A stretch of 63,891 nt of DNA, the filler included, from Octopus bimaculoides (lineage: Eukaryota), in the NCBI RefSeq assembly GCF_001194135.2. It is 5 parts of 5 records of this genome, joined end to end, with 100 filler letters (N's around TTAATTAATTAA, not from the genome) between each part and the next. Parts side by side here need not be neighbours in the genome. Positions count along the whole stretch, not along the records: positions 16,024 to 29,515 come from NC_068992.1; positions 29,616 to 57,543 come from NC_068981.1; 3 more parts are not named here. The stretch is one strand, 5' to 3'. A program made the position numbers and the translations under genes. Below the pieces are notes generated by a model. The model had not been told where the DNA came from, made no database searches, and saw nothing but the letters and a program-made list of their open reading frames with translations. Of the stretch, positions 23,560 to 36,904 are shown piece by piece (the first letter of the stretch is position 1; each line of letters starts with the position of its first letter).

Positions 23560-23836
23560 ATCACTTTTATCTCTCTCTCTCTTTCCATCTCTATCTCTCC
23601 CTCATTCTATACCCCCCTCTCAATCTCACGCTCTCTCTCTCTCTTTGTCACACACAATTTCTCTTTCTATCTTTATCTATCTATCTATCTATCTAGCCGT
23701 CTGTATGTCTGTCGTCTGCCGATCTGTCCTTCTGTCTTGTCCGTCTCTTTACTGTTTGTCAGAATGTCTGTCTATCTATCTACTTGTCTATTTATTATCT
23801 CTTGTCTCCAATCTGTATATCTATCTACTTATCAAC

Positions 23837-23899
<63 letters not shown>

Positions 23900-24545
23900 C
23901 CCGCTGTGTCCTACTATCTCAGTTTCTAAAATTTCTCCTCTCCACCTATCTATTTATCTACCAATCACTCTCTCATATCTATCTCACTCTTTCTTCCACT
24001 CTCTCTGTCTCTCCTCTCTTCATAATATTGTCTCTTTTCTCGCTCTTCCGCTTTAAATTTCTTCCTCGTTCACTTCTCTCTCTCTCTCCTTCAGTCTTTC
24101 ATCACTTACTCTTTCTTCCATTAATTTTATCCCCCTCCTCTTCATCTGTCCATTACATATTGCACTATTTCCTCTCACTTTTTCTGCAACCTTCTCTTTC
24201 TCTCTCTCTCTCTCTATCTCTATTTCTCTTTCTTTCTATCTCTCTTTCTCTCTCTCTCCCTCTCCACCACTCTCCTCACATTTTCTTTTTCCTATCTCTC
24301 TCTCAGCTGTCTCTCTTTCTATCTCTCTTTTCTTTCTCTCTCCCTCTCTCTCCCTCTCTCTCTCCCTCTCCTCAAATTTTATTTTTCTTACCTCTCTCTC
24401 ATCTATCTGCTCTCTGTCTCTGTCTCTGTCTCTCTTTCTCCCTCTTTCTCTCTCTCTCTCCACCACACTCCTCGCATTTTTCTCCTACCTCTCTCCTCTC
24501 TCTCTCTCTCTAACTCTCTCTCTCTCTCTCTTTCTCCCTCTCGTT
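23560..24545. repeat. About 1 kb of (CT)n/(CTAT)n polypyrimidine low-complexity sequence
   Basis: Direct reading. The ORFs here (e.g. 23737-24513) are S/L/F repeat artefacts. Confidence 0.95.
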
Positions 24546-24642
24546 CTCTCTCTGTTTATCACTTGTTTCCCACCCCCTCTTTTGCCCTTCCCATACAGTT
24601 CTTCAATTAACAAACACAATATTCTTGAAGTATGTGCTAACA

Positions 24643-24659
24643 TGAGTCAGATGACGTCA
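24643..24659. promoter_or_regulatory. AP-1 site (TGAGTCA) next to a palindromic CRE (TGACGTCA)
   Basis: Sequence caTGAGTCAgaTGACGTCAca. Motif match only. Confidence 0.35.
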
Positions 24660-24959
24660 CATAGCACTAATGGCCTATCATAGAACTGATTTTTATTCTC
24701 TTTTCCCTGATATCGTGAATTTAATAAAAACTTTCCAAATATATCTATATTCAGGCAATCTGGCAATACGGTCAATTTAAAATATTGTATTTTCAAATCA
24801 TTTTCGTTTTTTATCCAATAATATCTTAATTTTTACTGTGCATAGATTCAACATTATCCCATTAAAGTTTTCTGATCTTTTACTTTTTATATATATATAT
24901 ATTTTTTCTTTGATAATATTGTTCGCTTCTATCTCTGTGTCTCTCTCTCTCTCTTTATT

Positions 24960-24995
<36 letters not shown>

Positions 24996-25070
24996 TCCTT
25001 CTTTCTCTTTTTCTCTCTTTCTTTCTCTCTCTCTCCCTATATATATATTCGTATGTATGTATATATAACG

Positions 25071-25333
25071 TGGGTGGTTTATTAGCAAATTAAAAACCTA
25101 AAGATGAATTGATAGACGTTACTAAAGTGACAGAGGGTGCAAGGTGGTACCAGCATTGCTAGAAATAAGAGTTAAAACGACTCAATGTCAACTTACTAAG
25201 ACAGTGCTTCTGTGTTTAATGCGTCGTTTTGTCCCTTATTTCTACAAATGCTGGTACCACCTTGTACCCAGTGCCACTTTAGTAACGTCTATTAATTTGC
25301 CTTTAGATTTTGAAATTGCTAATAAGTCACCCC
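25071..25333. mobile_element. MITE with ~110-bp terminal inverted repeats (possibly Tc1/mariner-derived)
   Basis: gggtggtttattagcaaatt...gtggtaccagcattgctagaaataag mirrors cttatttctacaaatgctggtaccac...ttgctaataagtcacccc. Confidence 0.8.
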
Positions 25334-25585
25334 NNNNNNNNNNNNNNNNNNNNNNNNNNNNNNNNNNNNNNNNNNNNNNNNNNNNNNNNNNTATATATAT
25401 ATATATACAGGGAGAGAGAGAGAGAAAGAAAGAGGAAGAAAATATTAAACTACAAAGACGGAATGAAATAATAGGAAATAGGTTGTATTAGTTGTATTGA
25501 AGGAGTTTTTAACGTTTCGAACTTACGCTCTTGTACTGAAATGATAGATGAAGAGATTTAAAAAAAATGAGAGAAAAACGTGTCA

Positions 25586-25630
<45 letters not shown>

Positions 25631-25984
25631 ATAGTCCGAAGCTCACCATCAGTAAGCAGACCTATGATCACAGGTAAACCTATGATGGGACCCACATCAG
25701 GAACACGCTGTTATTGATTTCTATTTCCTGCATACACTGCAGCCAGAATCACATTCTCCAATGTGTCCTTAGATCCTTAGATGCAACGGTGTGCGATCTG
25801 AAGTGTTACTTCGCACTGGAATATCTTCTGAACCACCAATTCTCAGCTAAATTTGTCGTTCATATGATATTCTAGTTGCGATTATCACTAGTCTACAAAA
25901 AAGGCCCACCCACAAAAAAGAAATAAAACCATCTAGTTTGCTACCAGCTACGAAAATAAAGCGATACTGGGTATCCTGATGCAT

Positions 25985-26335
25985 CACTACATATCTCATA
26001 GAATAAAGTTATTTAAAGAAAGATATGTCAAATACCAGTCTTCTTTACGACACATAGACAAGAAGAAAACCACAAAATTAGATAGCCATATTTTGGATCT
26101 CAAGGTAAGCAATATTCACAAAACATCAAGTGGAACATTTTTAAATAACTCAAACCATACGTTAATGGGTTAAGGCGGTGTGGTCTTTGTATAATCGAAG
26201 CAGCTCAAATCGTTTTTAAATCTAAGGACTCCACCGACCAACGGAATTTTAGATCCGATGTATTCACGAAATGTAAGCATATATATAAGTTTCTATTCTT
26301 GAACTGGACAACATCATCCCCTCCAGATTAAACAT
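25985..26335 (+). mobile_element. Penelope-like GIY-YIG C-terminal fragment
   Basis: FKERYVKYQSSLRHIDKKKTTKLDSHILDLK, ...PYVNGLRRCGLCIIE and RSDVFTKCKHIYKFL. Homologous to 3800-4110. Confidence 0.75.
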
Positions 26336-26659
26336 ACAGTCTTACAAGCTTTAACCTCTCCTCGTCGATTGAACAAGATCAGTTGTTCTTTGTAAATTTT
26401 AACTCTAAGCGCACAACTCGTGTCTCCTTTCAATTTTTTTACACGTTTCAATGTTCTTCTCTCCTTTCAATGTTTTTCTCTACTTTCCTTTTTCATTTTC
26501 CTTTCTTTCTCGCTTTTTCTCAGAGAGCAGCCTTGTATTTTAGACTGAATGATTGTCTGATAATACACGGCACATAGCACGCAACACGCCACACAACGTC
26601 GACCGTCCATTGTTTTAGATGAAGTATGAAACCTATAGTTGCTCACATTTATATCCTCT

Positions 26660-26805
26660 CAATATTTATTTCTTTATTGCCCACGGGGGTCTAAACATAG
26701 AGGGGACAAACAAGGACAGACAATGGGGTTTAAGTCCATTACATCGACCCCAGTGCGTTACTGATACTTAATTGACCTCGAAAGGATGAAAGGCAATGTC
26801 GACCA
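26660..26805 (-). mobile_element. SINE 3' part (same tail as the 1195 copy)
   Basis: ttattgcccacgggggtctaaacatagaggggacaaacaaggacagac...gaaaggatgaaaggc. Confidence 0.8.
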
Positions 26806-27065
26806 TGTGTATGTGCGTGTGTGAGGTGCGTGCATGTGTGTGTGCGCGTGTGTGTTTCTATGTGTGTATATGTATGTGTGTGTTGAGGGAGTTTGTGTTC
26901 TGTGTATGTGTTTGATTATATATATAGTAGTCACAGCTCCATATTCCGGCGGACACACATACACTCACTCACACATGCAGATACACACAAATCCACATAC
27001 ATATGCATACACAATAATGCATGAAGATATTTCCACTGAGCTCACCGTAACCTTTCTTAACATAA

Positions 27066-27300
27066 ATGATGATGACGATAACGATGACGACGACGATGAT
27101 GATGATGATGGTGATGATGATGGTGATGATGACGGCGATAGCGAATATGATATTAATGACAATGTCGCCGGTGTCAAGAACGATGACGATGCTGATGAGC
27201 ACAATGATGGTTGGATGGTAATGGCCGATGCCGATGTTAATGATAATGAACATGGCGACTATGATGGTATAGATGATGATGATGATGATTACGATGATTA
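27066..27300. repeat. Degenerate (GAT)n/(GAC)n tract
   Basis: Direct reading. Produces a spurious poly-Asp ORF. Confidence 0.85.
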
Positions 27301-28220
27301 GATTGAGGATTAAGATTATTTCATCTCCAAGATCTCTTCCAGCTGAAGAAACTAAGTGGAGGAAAAAAAGTCAACAATTATTTTGAATGCTAAAAAAAAA
27401 AAAAAAAACAGTTGAAAATATATTCGTAGTTCAAAGAAATCTTTGCGAATGCAGTGATATCTTTGATTGGTTTTGTGGCAGGATTCTTAGCATAATTAAA
27501 TATCTTGCTTTTACCGCCATAAAAAAAACGAGTAAAATATAAATAAATAAATAATTAATAAATAAATAAATGGATAAACGTTTCCATGACATCTGAAAAG
27601 TGTGAAGAAATAAATTTAAAGAAATCTCAGTTTGACTCGTTTGTTTTGCTGTTGTTCTTGATGATGATGATGATGATGACGACGATGATGATGATTATGG
27701 TGATGATGGGTTCCGTGGTTTTTATCTCATCAATATGCGGTACGATTAGTTCCGATCGAAGTACAATGCCAATTATTTTGAAATTATGTTTGAAATTTCA
27801 TACTTTTAGTTTTTGAGAAAAAAAATTATCAACAAAAACAATTTCTTTTTCTTTTAAATTTTTCTTTTAAACTGTTCTTTCTCAGATGTCAAGATAGAAA
27901 CAAAATTAATTTAAAAAATAAAAAATATAACTATAAATAAAAAGAAACATGTTACAAATCTGTCCCTCTTCCCAGCAAAGACCACCACAGACAAAAATAA
28001 ATAGATAAAATAAAATAATTTGTTTTAACTTTGGTAACATCGAAAGATGGCGGCAAGAATAATTATTTTCAAATTCAGTTTTGCCTTTTCGTCTTAGGCT
28101 TTTGATATTATCATTATTATTATTATTATTTTATGTCTGACTTTTGTTTTGCATTTGTACAAGTTGGATCCAAGTCTTACCCAGAGACCTCAAGAGACAA
28201 CAAGTTAGAAGTTCATGTAG

Positions 28221-28221
<1 letters not shown>

Positions 28222-28285
<64 letters not shown>

Positions 28286-28302
28286 CATCATCATCATAAT
28301 CA

Positions 28303-28372
<70 letters not shown>

Positions 28373-28400
28373 CATTATTATTATTATTATTATTATTATT
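28222..28400. repeat. (TAT)n/(CAT)n microsatellite
   Basis: Direct reading. Confidence 0.95.
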
Positions 28401-28625
28401 AAGGCAGCGAGCTGCCAGAATCGTTATCACGCCAGACAAAAAAAGCTTAGCAGCCTTTCGCTCGTTCTTACATTATCAGCTCACATTCTGCCGCGATCGA
28501 CTTTGCCTTTCATCCTTTCGGGGGTCGATAAATTAAGTACCAGTGAAACATTGAGGTCAATGTAATCGACTAGTCCCCTCCCCACAAATTTCAGGCCTTG
28601 TGCCTATAACAGAAAAGATTATTCT
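28401..28625 (+). mobile_element. Near full-length tRNA SINE, CpGs retained
   Basis: aaggcagcgagctgccagaatcgttatcacgcc...ctttgcctttcatcctttcgggggtcgataaattaagtaccag...ccttgtgcctataacagaaaagattatt. Confidence 0.9.
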
Positions 28626-29515
28626 GTTTTTTTTTGTTCTTACTGCTGCTGCTGCCGTTGCTGCTTCTCTTGTTGTTGTTGTTGTTGTTGTTGTTAGCTT
28701 GTATTGAAACTGTTTGAGATCTCTGGACGCGTCAAAAAACAATGACAATTGAGTGGGAAAAAATTGCTAATTTGTGCGTATTAGTCACTTTGTAATGGCT
28801 TTGTTTTCCTTTAGTGTTTCTGTGCGTGTGTGTGTGTGTGTGTCACGCGTATGTATGAGTGGGTGCGAGTTTGTAATCATGCGGAATACAAAACCTATTT
28901 GTATCTATGTTTTCTAGAGAATATTCCTTCCTTCTTTTACCCCCCTTTCGTCGCCCCGCCACCCCGCAACTTCATTACACTTCGTTTCTTTCGTTTCATG
29001 ACAAAGAAAATAAAGAAATGTAAAAGCGCCTCGCACTGTTATACATAAGCGTATTCTTGCAAAGGAAAGATGAAAATAAAAAAGAAAAAAATTAACTCTT
29101 TGTTTACTGCTCGCGTAATTGTTATTACACTCTGTGAAAATTTGTGAGAATGGATACCGAATTAATTACAAGAATTCTGTGAAGAATTACCAATGCACAA
29201 CCTCACATAATCACCCATATCGATTACGGCCATATTTGGTAATTATAGCTCGCTTTGGTGTTATATATTTATTATATATTTTAGTTTATTCATTTTACTT
29301 TAGTTTATGTTTTTTCATATTGTAATTTCTTTTTATATTCCGTTCTTGGAGCCATTACACATCCTTGGAGAATTTTATAATAGTACCGCAGTTATTTTAT
29401 ATGTGTTTATTTTCTGGTAACTTTTGCTGCTTTGTTTTACGGAACAGGGCAACAAATATACACGTAATATATACACATATATACACATGCATATATATAT
29501 ATATATATATATATA

Positions 29516-29615
29516 NNNNNNNNNNNNNNNNNNNNNNNNNNNNNNNNNNNNNNNNNNNNTTAATTAATTAANNNNNNNNNNNNNNNNNNNNNNNNNNNNN
29601 NNNNNNNNNNNNNNN
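29516..29615. other. Artificial scaffold spacer with six-frame stop linker
   Basis: 44 N + TTAATTAATTAA + 44 N. Confidence 0.9.
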
Positions 29616-29644
<29 letters not shown>

Positions 29645-29646
<2 letters not shown>

Positions 29647-29945
29647 TATAGGGAGTGGTGAATAAGGTATCATCTAAATTACGCAAAAATGAAAATAATA
29701 CTGACATCTCATTTTAACAGATATATTTACCAAAATTACATAAAAATATGTTGAAATACTAAAGAGTAAATTTATTTAATAAAATCGCCGTAGGCTTCAC
29801 CCATGGCCTCCAGACAACTTAGGAATCTCCTGCAATTCTTCTGAATGGTCTCCTTGTTTAAGTTGGTCAATGCTACCATAACCCTTGCCTTCAGTTCATC
29901 TTTGGTTTTACAAGTTCTGTTCGGTTCTCTTAAAATTTTAATTTT
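29645..29945 (-). mobile_element. Tc1/mariner transposase C-terminal fragment and element end
   Basis: Minus strand ...CKTKDELKARVMVALTNLNKETIQKNCRRFLSCLEAMGEAYGDFIK*. Confidence 0.75.
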
Positions 29946-32770
29946 TTTCATAAATTATTTAATAGAGTGTTATTCTATATGTGCATGTATTTTAAATTTC
30001 AGTAACTGTTTATATATAAACTATTTTAAAATATGGTATCATCAAGCAATTTTGTTTCAAAATCCAATACATATCACCTAAAACCTACATCGCACCACTA
30101 ACATACCTGTTACAGGTTTACCATCACTGAACTTAGTTGATGACCTAGAGTACATAAGATAAAAATTCAACATAATATAATTGTGTTAATATATTTTTGA
30201 TGTTTTGTAGGGGCTGGGGATAGATTGGCAGAATCAGAAGAGTCTTGGAAAAAAATGGTATGTTATATTTTGTTGCTTACCTTTACATTCTGAATCCAAA
30301 TGCTGTTGTGCTCAACTTTGCTTTTCGTATTTTTAAGGTTGATAACATAAATAATTGGCTAAATATTGGAGTTGATTTAATCAACTTTACTTTCTTTCCA
30401 AATTTGAGATTCTGTGTCTTAGAAATTCATGTTAAAAAAATCAAAAAGAATATATTTTAGCAAATGAATGGTGGTAGGTTGGTAGAAATGTTAGAACAAT
30501 AGATGATTTCCCTTGTGGTATTTATTTACATCTCTTTATATTCTGTTTCTGATTTGCACCAATGTCAACTCTGCTTTTCATCCTTCTAAAGAAGATATGT
30601 CAACCCCAGTCATGTACTGAGGTTGACATAATCAACTTCTTTTCTCTCCATAAAACATATGACTTTGTATCAGTGTTAGAAATTAACATATACTGCCATG
30701 TTCTGTTAAGCAGTAATGCTGCATTTTAGAAGGTGTCTTTTTCTAGTATACTTTTTGTTTGACTATTATATATTTTTTGTTACCATTGTTACCATTATAT
30801 ATTGTTTTGGAACTCATATGGATAGTATACTTAATACACCACTTGGTTAAATACTACTGTCTGGTCATTGAGTACCTTCAACAAAGTTCTCTCTTTTACA
30901 AACATGTTTAGACTAGACCCTTGCTTCCTTCCCAACCACACTTTCCCTGCAGACATAGATCTGTAGATATTGAGGCTGAGTAAAGGTCACTTCAGATTCA
31001 CCATTCTGTGAAAGCTTGCAAACTTCATGATCACTGTCTCACTCTCTCACTGACTAAATAAAAAAGAAATAATTTTTATAACTTTTAATATTTGTGGATT
31101 CTTATAGTAAACATTGCTGTAGCTGGTGGTCATTCACTTTGATTTTCATTGCAAACAAGACATGATCATGTGATTAAAAAGTTTTCTTTGCAACTAGACA
31201 GTTCCAAATCAATTTCTTGTTATCTAGCATAATCATGTGAGTGAAACTAGGTAGATAGGAACACTAGAAAACTGTCATATACATTTACACATGTGTGTTC
31301 TGTGAGTATGTCTTGTGTATGTGTTCTACGTGTGTGTATTCTATGTGTGTGTATCAACAGTTTACATTACAAAAGGTTTCCCAGATACAGAAGGCATTTG
31401 ATGCTTTAATATTGAAACTGAGGTCAGATATTTTTTGCTTCTGTGAAACATTTAGTAATGCAAATTTTAATCACAACATTGATACAAATAATTAATCTTT
31501 CCCATATGTGGTCAGTGTTTTTTTTCTTCTTTCGTTTGTACACCTATTTGTATTTGTGTGGATATGTGTGTATGTATGTGTGTGTGCATGCCTGTTTGCA
31601 TGTGTGCATGTGTATGTGTGTGTGTATCTGTGTGTGCATGTGTGTGTAAATGTACATTAGCAAGTAAAGTGATAAACCAATGTGCTTAACAAAAAAAAGA
31701 ACCCTTGTGTTATTATGTATTCTGTCCAAGTTACTTAGACAGCTCCTTATCTCCCTCACCATCAGAAATCCAGTGAATCAGTGAGTGGCCCATTGGGAAC
31801 CCATAAATCAATGACACTATTGTTCACAAAATGCATGATACATGAAAAAAATAAGAAAACAAAGGAAAATACCTACCAAGGGCTACTCTATATCAACCAA
31901 GAGATTGGTGCAGCTGATATGTAAATGACAAAAAACAGAAAAGCAAGAAAAAAAATCAATTCTATATATTATGTGCAAACACACAATACTATTGTATAAA
32001 AATTAATTCTGTTACCTTGGAGAAAGGAGAATCAGTTAGATGATTAAGGAGATGGTTTACTGACTAAAAAGCTTCAAAGTTGAAATGATACCATTGCCAT
32101 TGACATTATACTATGCACTTGAGCACATTATATTATTCCATTTGTCTTCAGTTTACAAAAAGAAAGCTTTGTCAAAAACTCTTCATTACTATTATATCAA
32201 TAAAAAAGATTAAAAAATGTTGTAGTCTCACTTTTTTTTTTCTGTGGCTGATTGGAAACTATTGGTTGGCATTTGTTCTTCAACAGAAAGTTTCAGTGCA
32301 ATTTTTGTTACTTAGAGAACCTTTCCTTGAACTCTCTGTTATGGACAGCTTCCTCAGTTAGTCACCTCAAACATACAAAGCAACAGCTAATATTTCGAGG
32401 TGATAAAAGAGTTTGGCTGCAATGGCATCTGATTAGTATTTAGACAGATTTCCCAAAAGGGCACCCATCAAAGTACAAGTCAAACATTAATCTGCCGAAC
32501 TTTGGTGAACTGTTCGGATCAAGGCTTTTCAATGATGATTGATGATTTGTCATAATACTTGTGTGTATGTATGAGCATGTTTATATGAATATATAAATGC
32601 ATGTGTCTAGTTACAGTATGCAAGCAAACATATTAAATATATATATGTATATGTATATATATGTGTGTGAATATATGTGGGTATATGTATATGTGTATAT
32701 GTATATATATATATCTATACATATATATATATGAAGAGATAGATAGATAAATAGATAGACTGATAGATAA

Positions 32771-32821
<51 letters not shown>

Positions 32822-34377
32822 CACACATATGAATATGTTTCCATACATGAATAAGAGTGCATATACAAATATAGAGGAAATGGCACAAGAGAGTGAAAAA
32901 GACAAAAAATAAAGAGGGAAAGCATCATAGAGTAGAGAATAGTAAAAGTGAATTGACAGAAAGCAAGAGAGAGAGGAAGAAAAAAGAGAAGGTAGCAAAA
33001 ACAAAAAAAAAAAATGAAAGAAGTTTGCACACTGTACTACCTCAATACTCATGTGAATAACAAATTAGTATGGTTTATAGCTAGAGATCATTAGTTTTGT
33101 CACATTGTAATTATTTCGGTGAATATTTTTTTCTCCCACTATCTTCACACACGATACTCTCAATAATTTATAAGCTCAATTTTTCCATCTAGATTTGTAT
33201 TGAAATAAATTGCAAAATCGATTTGAAAAACTAATTCTTATTTTTCTTTGGTCACTCTCTGAATATACCTCTATAATCTTATAATCTGAATTAATATTGA
33301 ATTCTTCCAAGCAAAAATAAAACTTAATATATGACAAACATAGAGAAAATAAGTTAGTTAATCCAGTAAAAAGATATACATTGGGTTTAATATAAAATAA
33401 TCTTCAAATTAAAACCATCAGAGAGAAGTCTGATAAACAGAGAACTGTGATTTTCACCTTACTGACTCTCATTAGAGCATTGATGCAGGCAGGAACACCT
33501 ACCCTTTCTAATCATGTTCTACAATTTTTATAAAATTTTTGGAATTAATAATAGGATGGTGTAGATTTGACAGTAATTGAATGACAAAAATAATATAACA
33601 TACTATAGAGATAAGAAGTAAATTAATTATGTAAAAGAAAATATATTTAGTCTTGTTCAATCTAGTCAAATTTAATTTGGTTTAATTATAGTTTCAGAAA
33701 TAAAAGATGACACATACTCTTAGAAAGGAAGATTCAGCAGTGATCAGAAAGATGAAGCAAGACAGTTGCAGCAATTGTTTTTATCTGTGAAATATTATTG
33801 AATATGTACGCCCTACAAATACACTTTAAACGTATTTACTCTGGGGATTAAACTCAAATTGCTTGGATAGTCAGGAGTGACAACTCTGCTATGCGGAATT
33901 CTGGATGAATTATGCTCTTCCTCAGGCAGAAATGTAATTACTGCTCTGTTTGAAAGACATTTATGTTATAAAGATTAAATATTATACTATATATATAAAT
34001 TTTTGATATTCATACTCTAGGGCAATCTTTTTAATTTTGTTTAGTTAAAATTCTCCAGTTATATATCTGTGAATACATGACACATGTTATGTAGCTATAA
34101 GCTTCAAACAGCAGTTCAGGAGAGCAACTGCACTTCCAATGAAGGAAGGGTTAATAATGTTATAAATATTAAATAGGATTCTGCAAATATTGGTATGTGT
34201 ACATCATGACATCCCATTTAATTTTGCCTGGTTGTAACTATTATTCATGTATGCATGTATATATGTATGTATAGATGTAGATAGATAGAGAGACATATAT
34301 AGATATAGATAAATAGATAGAAAGATATATATGTATATACATATAAACAGATAGATTGAGACAGAGGCAAAAAACAT

Positions 34378-35892
34378 AGGTATAAGATTTTCTGGGCAGG
34401 GAACACTGATAGGGTCGGGGGTGTGGGTATACTTCTTGTGGAGAAATAGGTTGATAAGGTAATTGAGGTAGTCAGAATCTCTGACAGAATACTTAAGATT
34501 AGATTAATGGTGCAACATGGTTTAGCAACCATTATCTCAGCCTATGCCCCCCAGCCAGGGCTACCTCATGAACAGAAATACCAATTTTATGACACCTTCT
34601 CACAGACTCCCTCATTGACGAATGACAGGGACCTTCTCTTTGTAGCTGGCAACTTCAATGGGCATGTTGGACAACATGCAGGGGGCTTCCATGGCGTACA
34701 TGGAGGCTATGGTTTTGGTTCCCACAATGAGGAGGGAACCAGGCTGCTGGATTTCTGTGATGCAAATAATCGTATGGTTTGTAATACTAACTTCAGGAAA
34801 CCTGCCAGCCACCTAGTCACCTACTGATCTGGTGGATACACTAGTCAAATTGATTACATCCTCACCAGGAAACAGGAAAGATGACTACTTATAAATGCCA
34901 AAACCTTCGTAGGTGAAGAATATACTCCGCAACATAGATTAAGTAGTTAGCGACTTCAGGATCAGGACTAAATGGATGCCCAGAAGATGGTCAGCATGGA
35001 GAAGAAGGATTTGGAAGCTTAAGGATCCTGCGAATAGACAGAGATTTAGAGACGTATTTCTCAAAGCTTTTGACAAAATAGAAGGAGATATAGCATAACA
35101 TGATGCAGAAGACAACTGGAGGTTTCTACTGGACAGCCTGTTGAGGGCTACTGACCAGGACTGTGGATGGTGCAAAGTCCCCTCTTGACCAAAGGTAACG
35201 TGGCGATGGAACAAAGTAGTTGACAGGGTCATTAAAGAAAAGAAACTGGCATGGAAGAATGGTGGTAGCAGGGTATTGTATCAGATTGCAAGAAGGGAAG
35301 CTAGGAGACAGGTTTTTTTAGCCAGAGGGGAAGCAGATAAGAAAAAATTGCCAATGTTCTGCATCATGACCCAATTAATTAGGGAGAGAGTCAGTCTAGA
35401 CGAGATGCAATTTGGGTTTGTGCCAGAGAAAAGCACCACTGATACTATATTTCTGGTAAGACAGCGGCAGGAGCTATACTTAGCTAAAGATAAACCTCTG
35501 TTCTTGGCTTTTGTTGACATGGAGAAAGCCTTTGAAAGGGTCTCCCGATCCCTTATCTGGTGGTCAATACAGAAACTAGCGATAGATGAGTGGTTAGGAA
35601 GAGCTGTACAAGCCATGTACAGGGATGCTGTCTGTAAGGTGAGGGTTGACAATGAGCACCGTGAAGAATTCCGGGTAGGAGTAGCCGTCCATCAAGGATC
35701 AGTTCTCAGCCTCTTCTTATTCATCATAGCCCTTCAGGCAATAACAGAGGAATTCAAGATAAGATGCCCCTGTCACCAGCAGAGGTAGGAGCTCCCTATG
35801 CTGATGACCTTGCTCTAATGGTTGAGTCAGTATCAGAACTAGAGGAGAAGTTTCAGGTGTGGAAGCAAGGTGTAGAATCGAAAGGTCTTAGG
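34378..35892 (+). mobile_element. RTE LINE with APE endonuclease and partial RT, internally deleted
   Basis: GGVGILL, IISAYAPQPG, VAGNFNGHVG, SQIDYIL, then a jump at ~35365 to EMQFGFVPEKSTTDTIF...VHQGSVLS...ADDL. Contains stops. Confidence 0.9.
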
Positions 35893-36619
35893 ATGATCAA
35901 TGAAAGTATGGGTGGAGATCAATATTAATGGATGAATGATGGATAACAAGTGAAGTGGTTCTGGGTAGTAAAAAAGTGGCATCAGGGAAGAACTGCAGTT
36001 AAGGAGATCTTGGATAGTGGTGTTGGATGTCTTGAGGAGGAAGGAAATTGGGCTGAGGGTCTAAATTTGTATACACATTTTATATATATATATATGTTTC
36101 GATCGTCCTTGCACGGGGGCCACCTGGACTCCCGTTTGCGCCGTGCACAGGGATTAATCTTCTCTCTTTGTGCCACATGGGCTCAACTCTCCTCCCCTCT
36201 TCATCAAACCCCCCTTCCCTTCTCTCTCCCGCTCTCCCCTCCCTCCTACTTCCTCCTACCCAACTCTCCTCTCCTCTCCTACTTCTCTTTACTTCTCTTC
36301 ACTCCTACTTCTCTTCACTCCTACTTCTCTTCACCCCTACTCTCCTTCTCTCTTCTCTCTTACTCTCTTTCTCTCTACTCTCCCTTCTCCCTCCTCCCAT
36401 ACCCACCTTCCGCTTCTCTCATACCCACCTTCCCCTTCCCCCATCATCGTCAACCCTCCCTCATAAGCCCACCTCACCCCTACATGCTCCTACCCCACCT
36501 TGAGGCACAAAAAGAAAATGGCTCTCCTCAGACACAATAGAATATGCTTCAATACACAAACTCACATAAAGAATCTTGCAAACCAAATCCCCAAACGAAA
36601 TATATATATATATATATAT

Positions 36620-36849
36620 ATCATCATCATCATCATCATCATCTTTTAACATGTTTTCCATGCTGGCATGAGGGCCAGTCAGGGGGTACTGATATTGGAC
36701 ACGTTCGTTTGGTCCTTTTTATGTGCCACCAGCACGGGAGTCAGTCATGTGGACCTGGCATCGACCACGTTCAGATGGTGCTTGTACATGCCACCAGCAC
36801 AGGACCCACTCTGGGAGTACTGGCATCGGCCATGTTCGCTTGGTGCTTT

Positions 36850-36850
<1 letters not shown>
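36620..36850 (-). mobile_element. RTE-type 3' tail
   Basis: catcatcatc...ttttaacatgttttccatgctggcatgagggccagtcagggggtactg; reverse complement of the tail family. Confidence 0.7.

Positions 36851-36904
<54 letters not shown>

Noticed and set aside
26834-27301. Poly-Asp, poly-Met, poly-Tyr and YIYI-type ORFs (also 28131-28439, 44580-44954, 45258-45488)
   Set aside because: Translations of microsatellites with no coding evidence.
30211-30257. Apparent plus-strand exon with good splice signals (GLGIDWQNQKSLGKK or AGDRLAESEESWKKM)
   Set aside because: It overlaps the head of a diverged SINE (ttggcagaatc...ctttacattctgaatccaaat...actttgcttttc).
30281-30358. Apparent minus-strand exon PIIYVINLKNTKSKVEHNSIWIQNVK
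   Set aside because: It lies within the same SINE remnant.
33850-33960. Possible further Penelope thumb fragment (CLSNRA...DYPSNL)
   Set aside because: Similarity too weak to support without a profile search.
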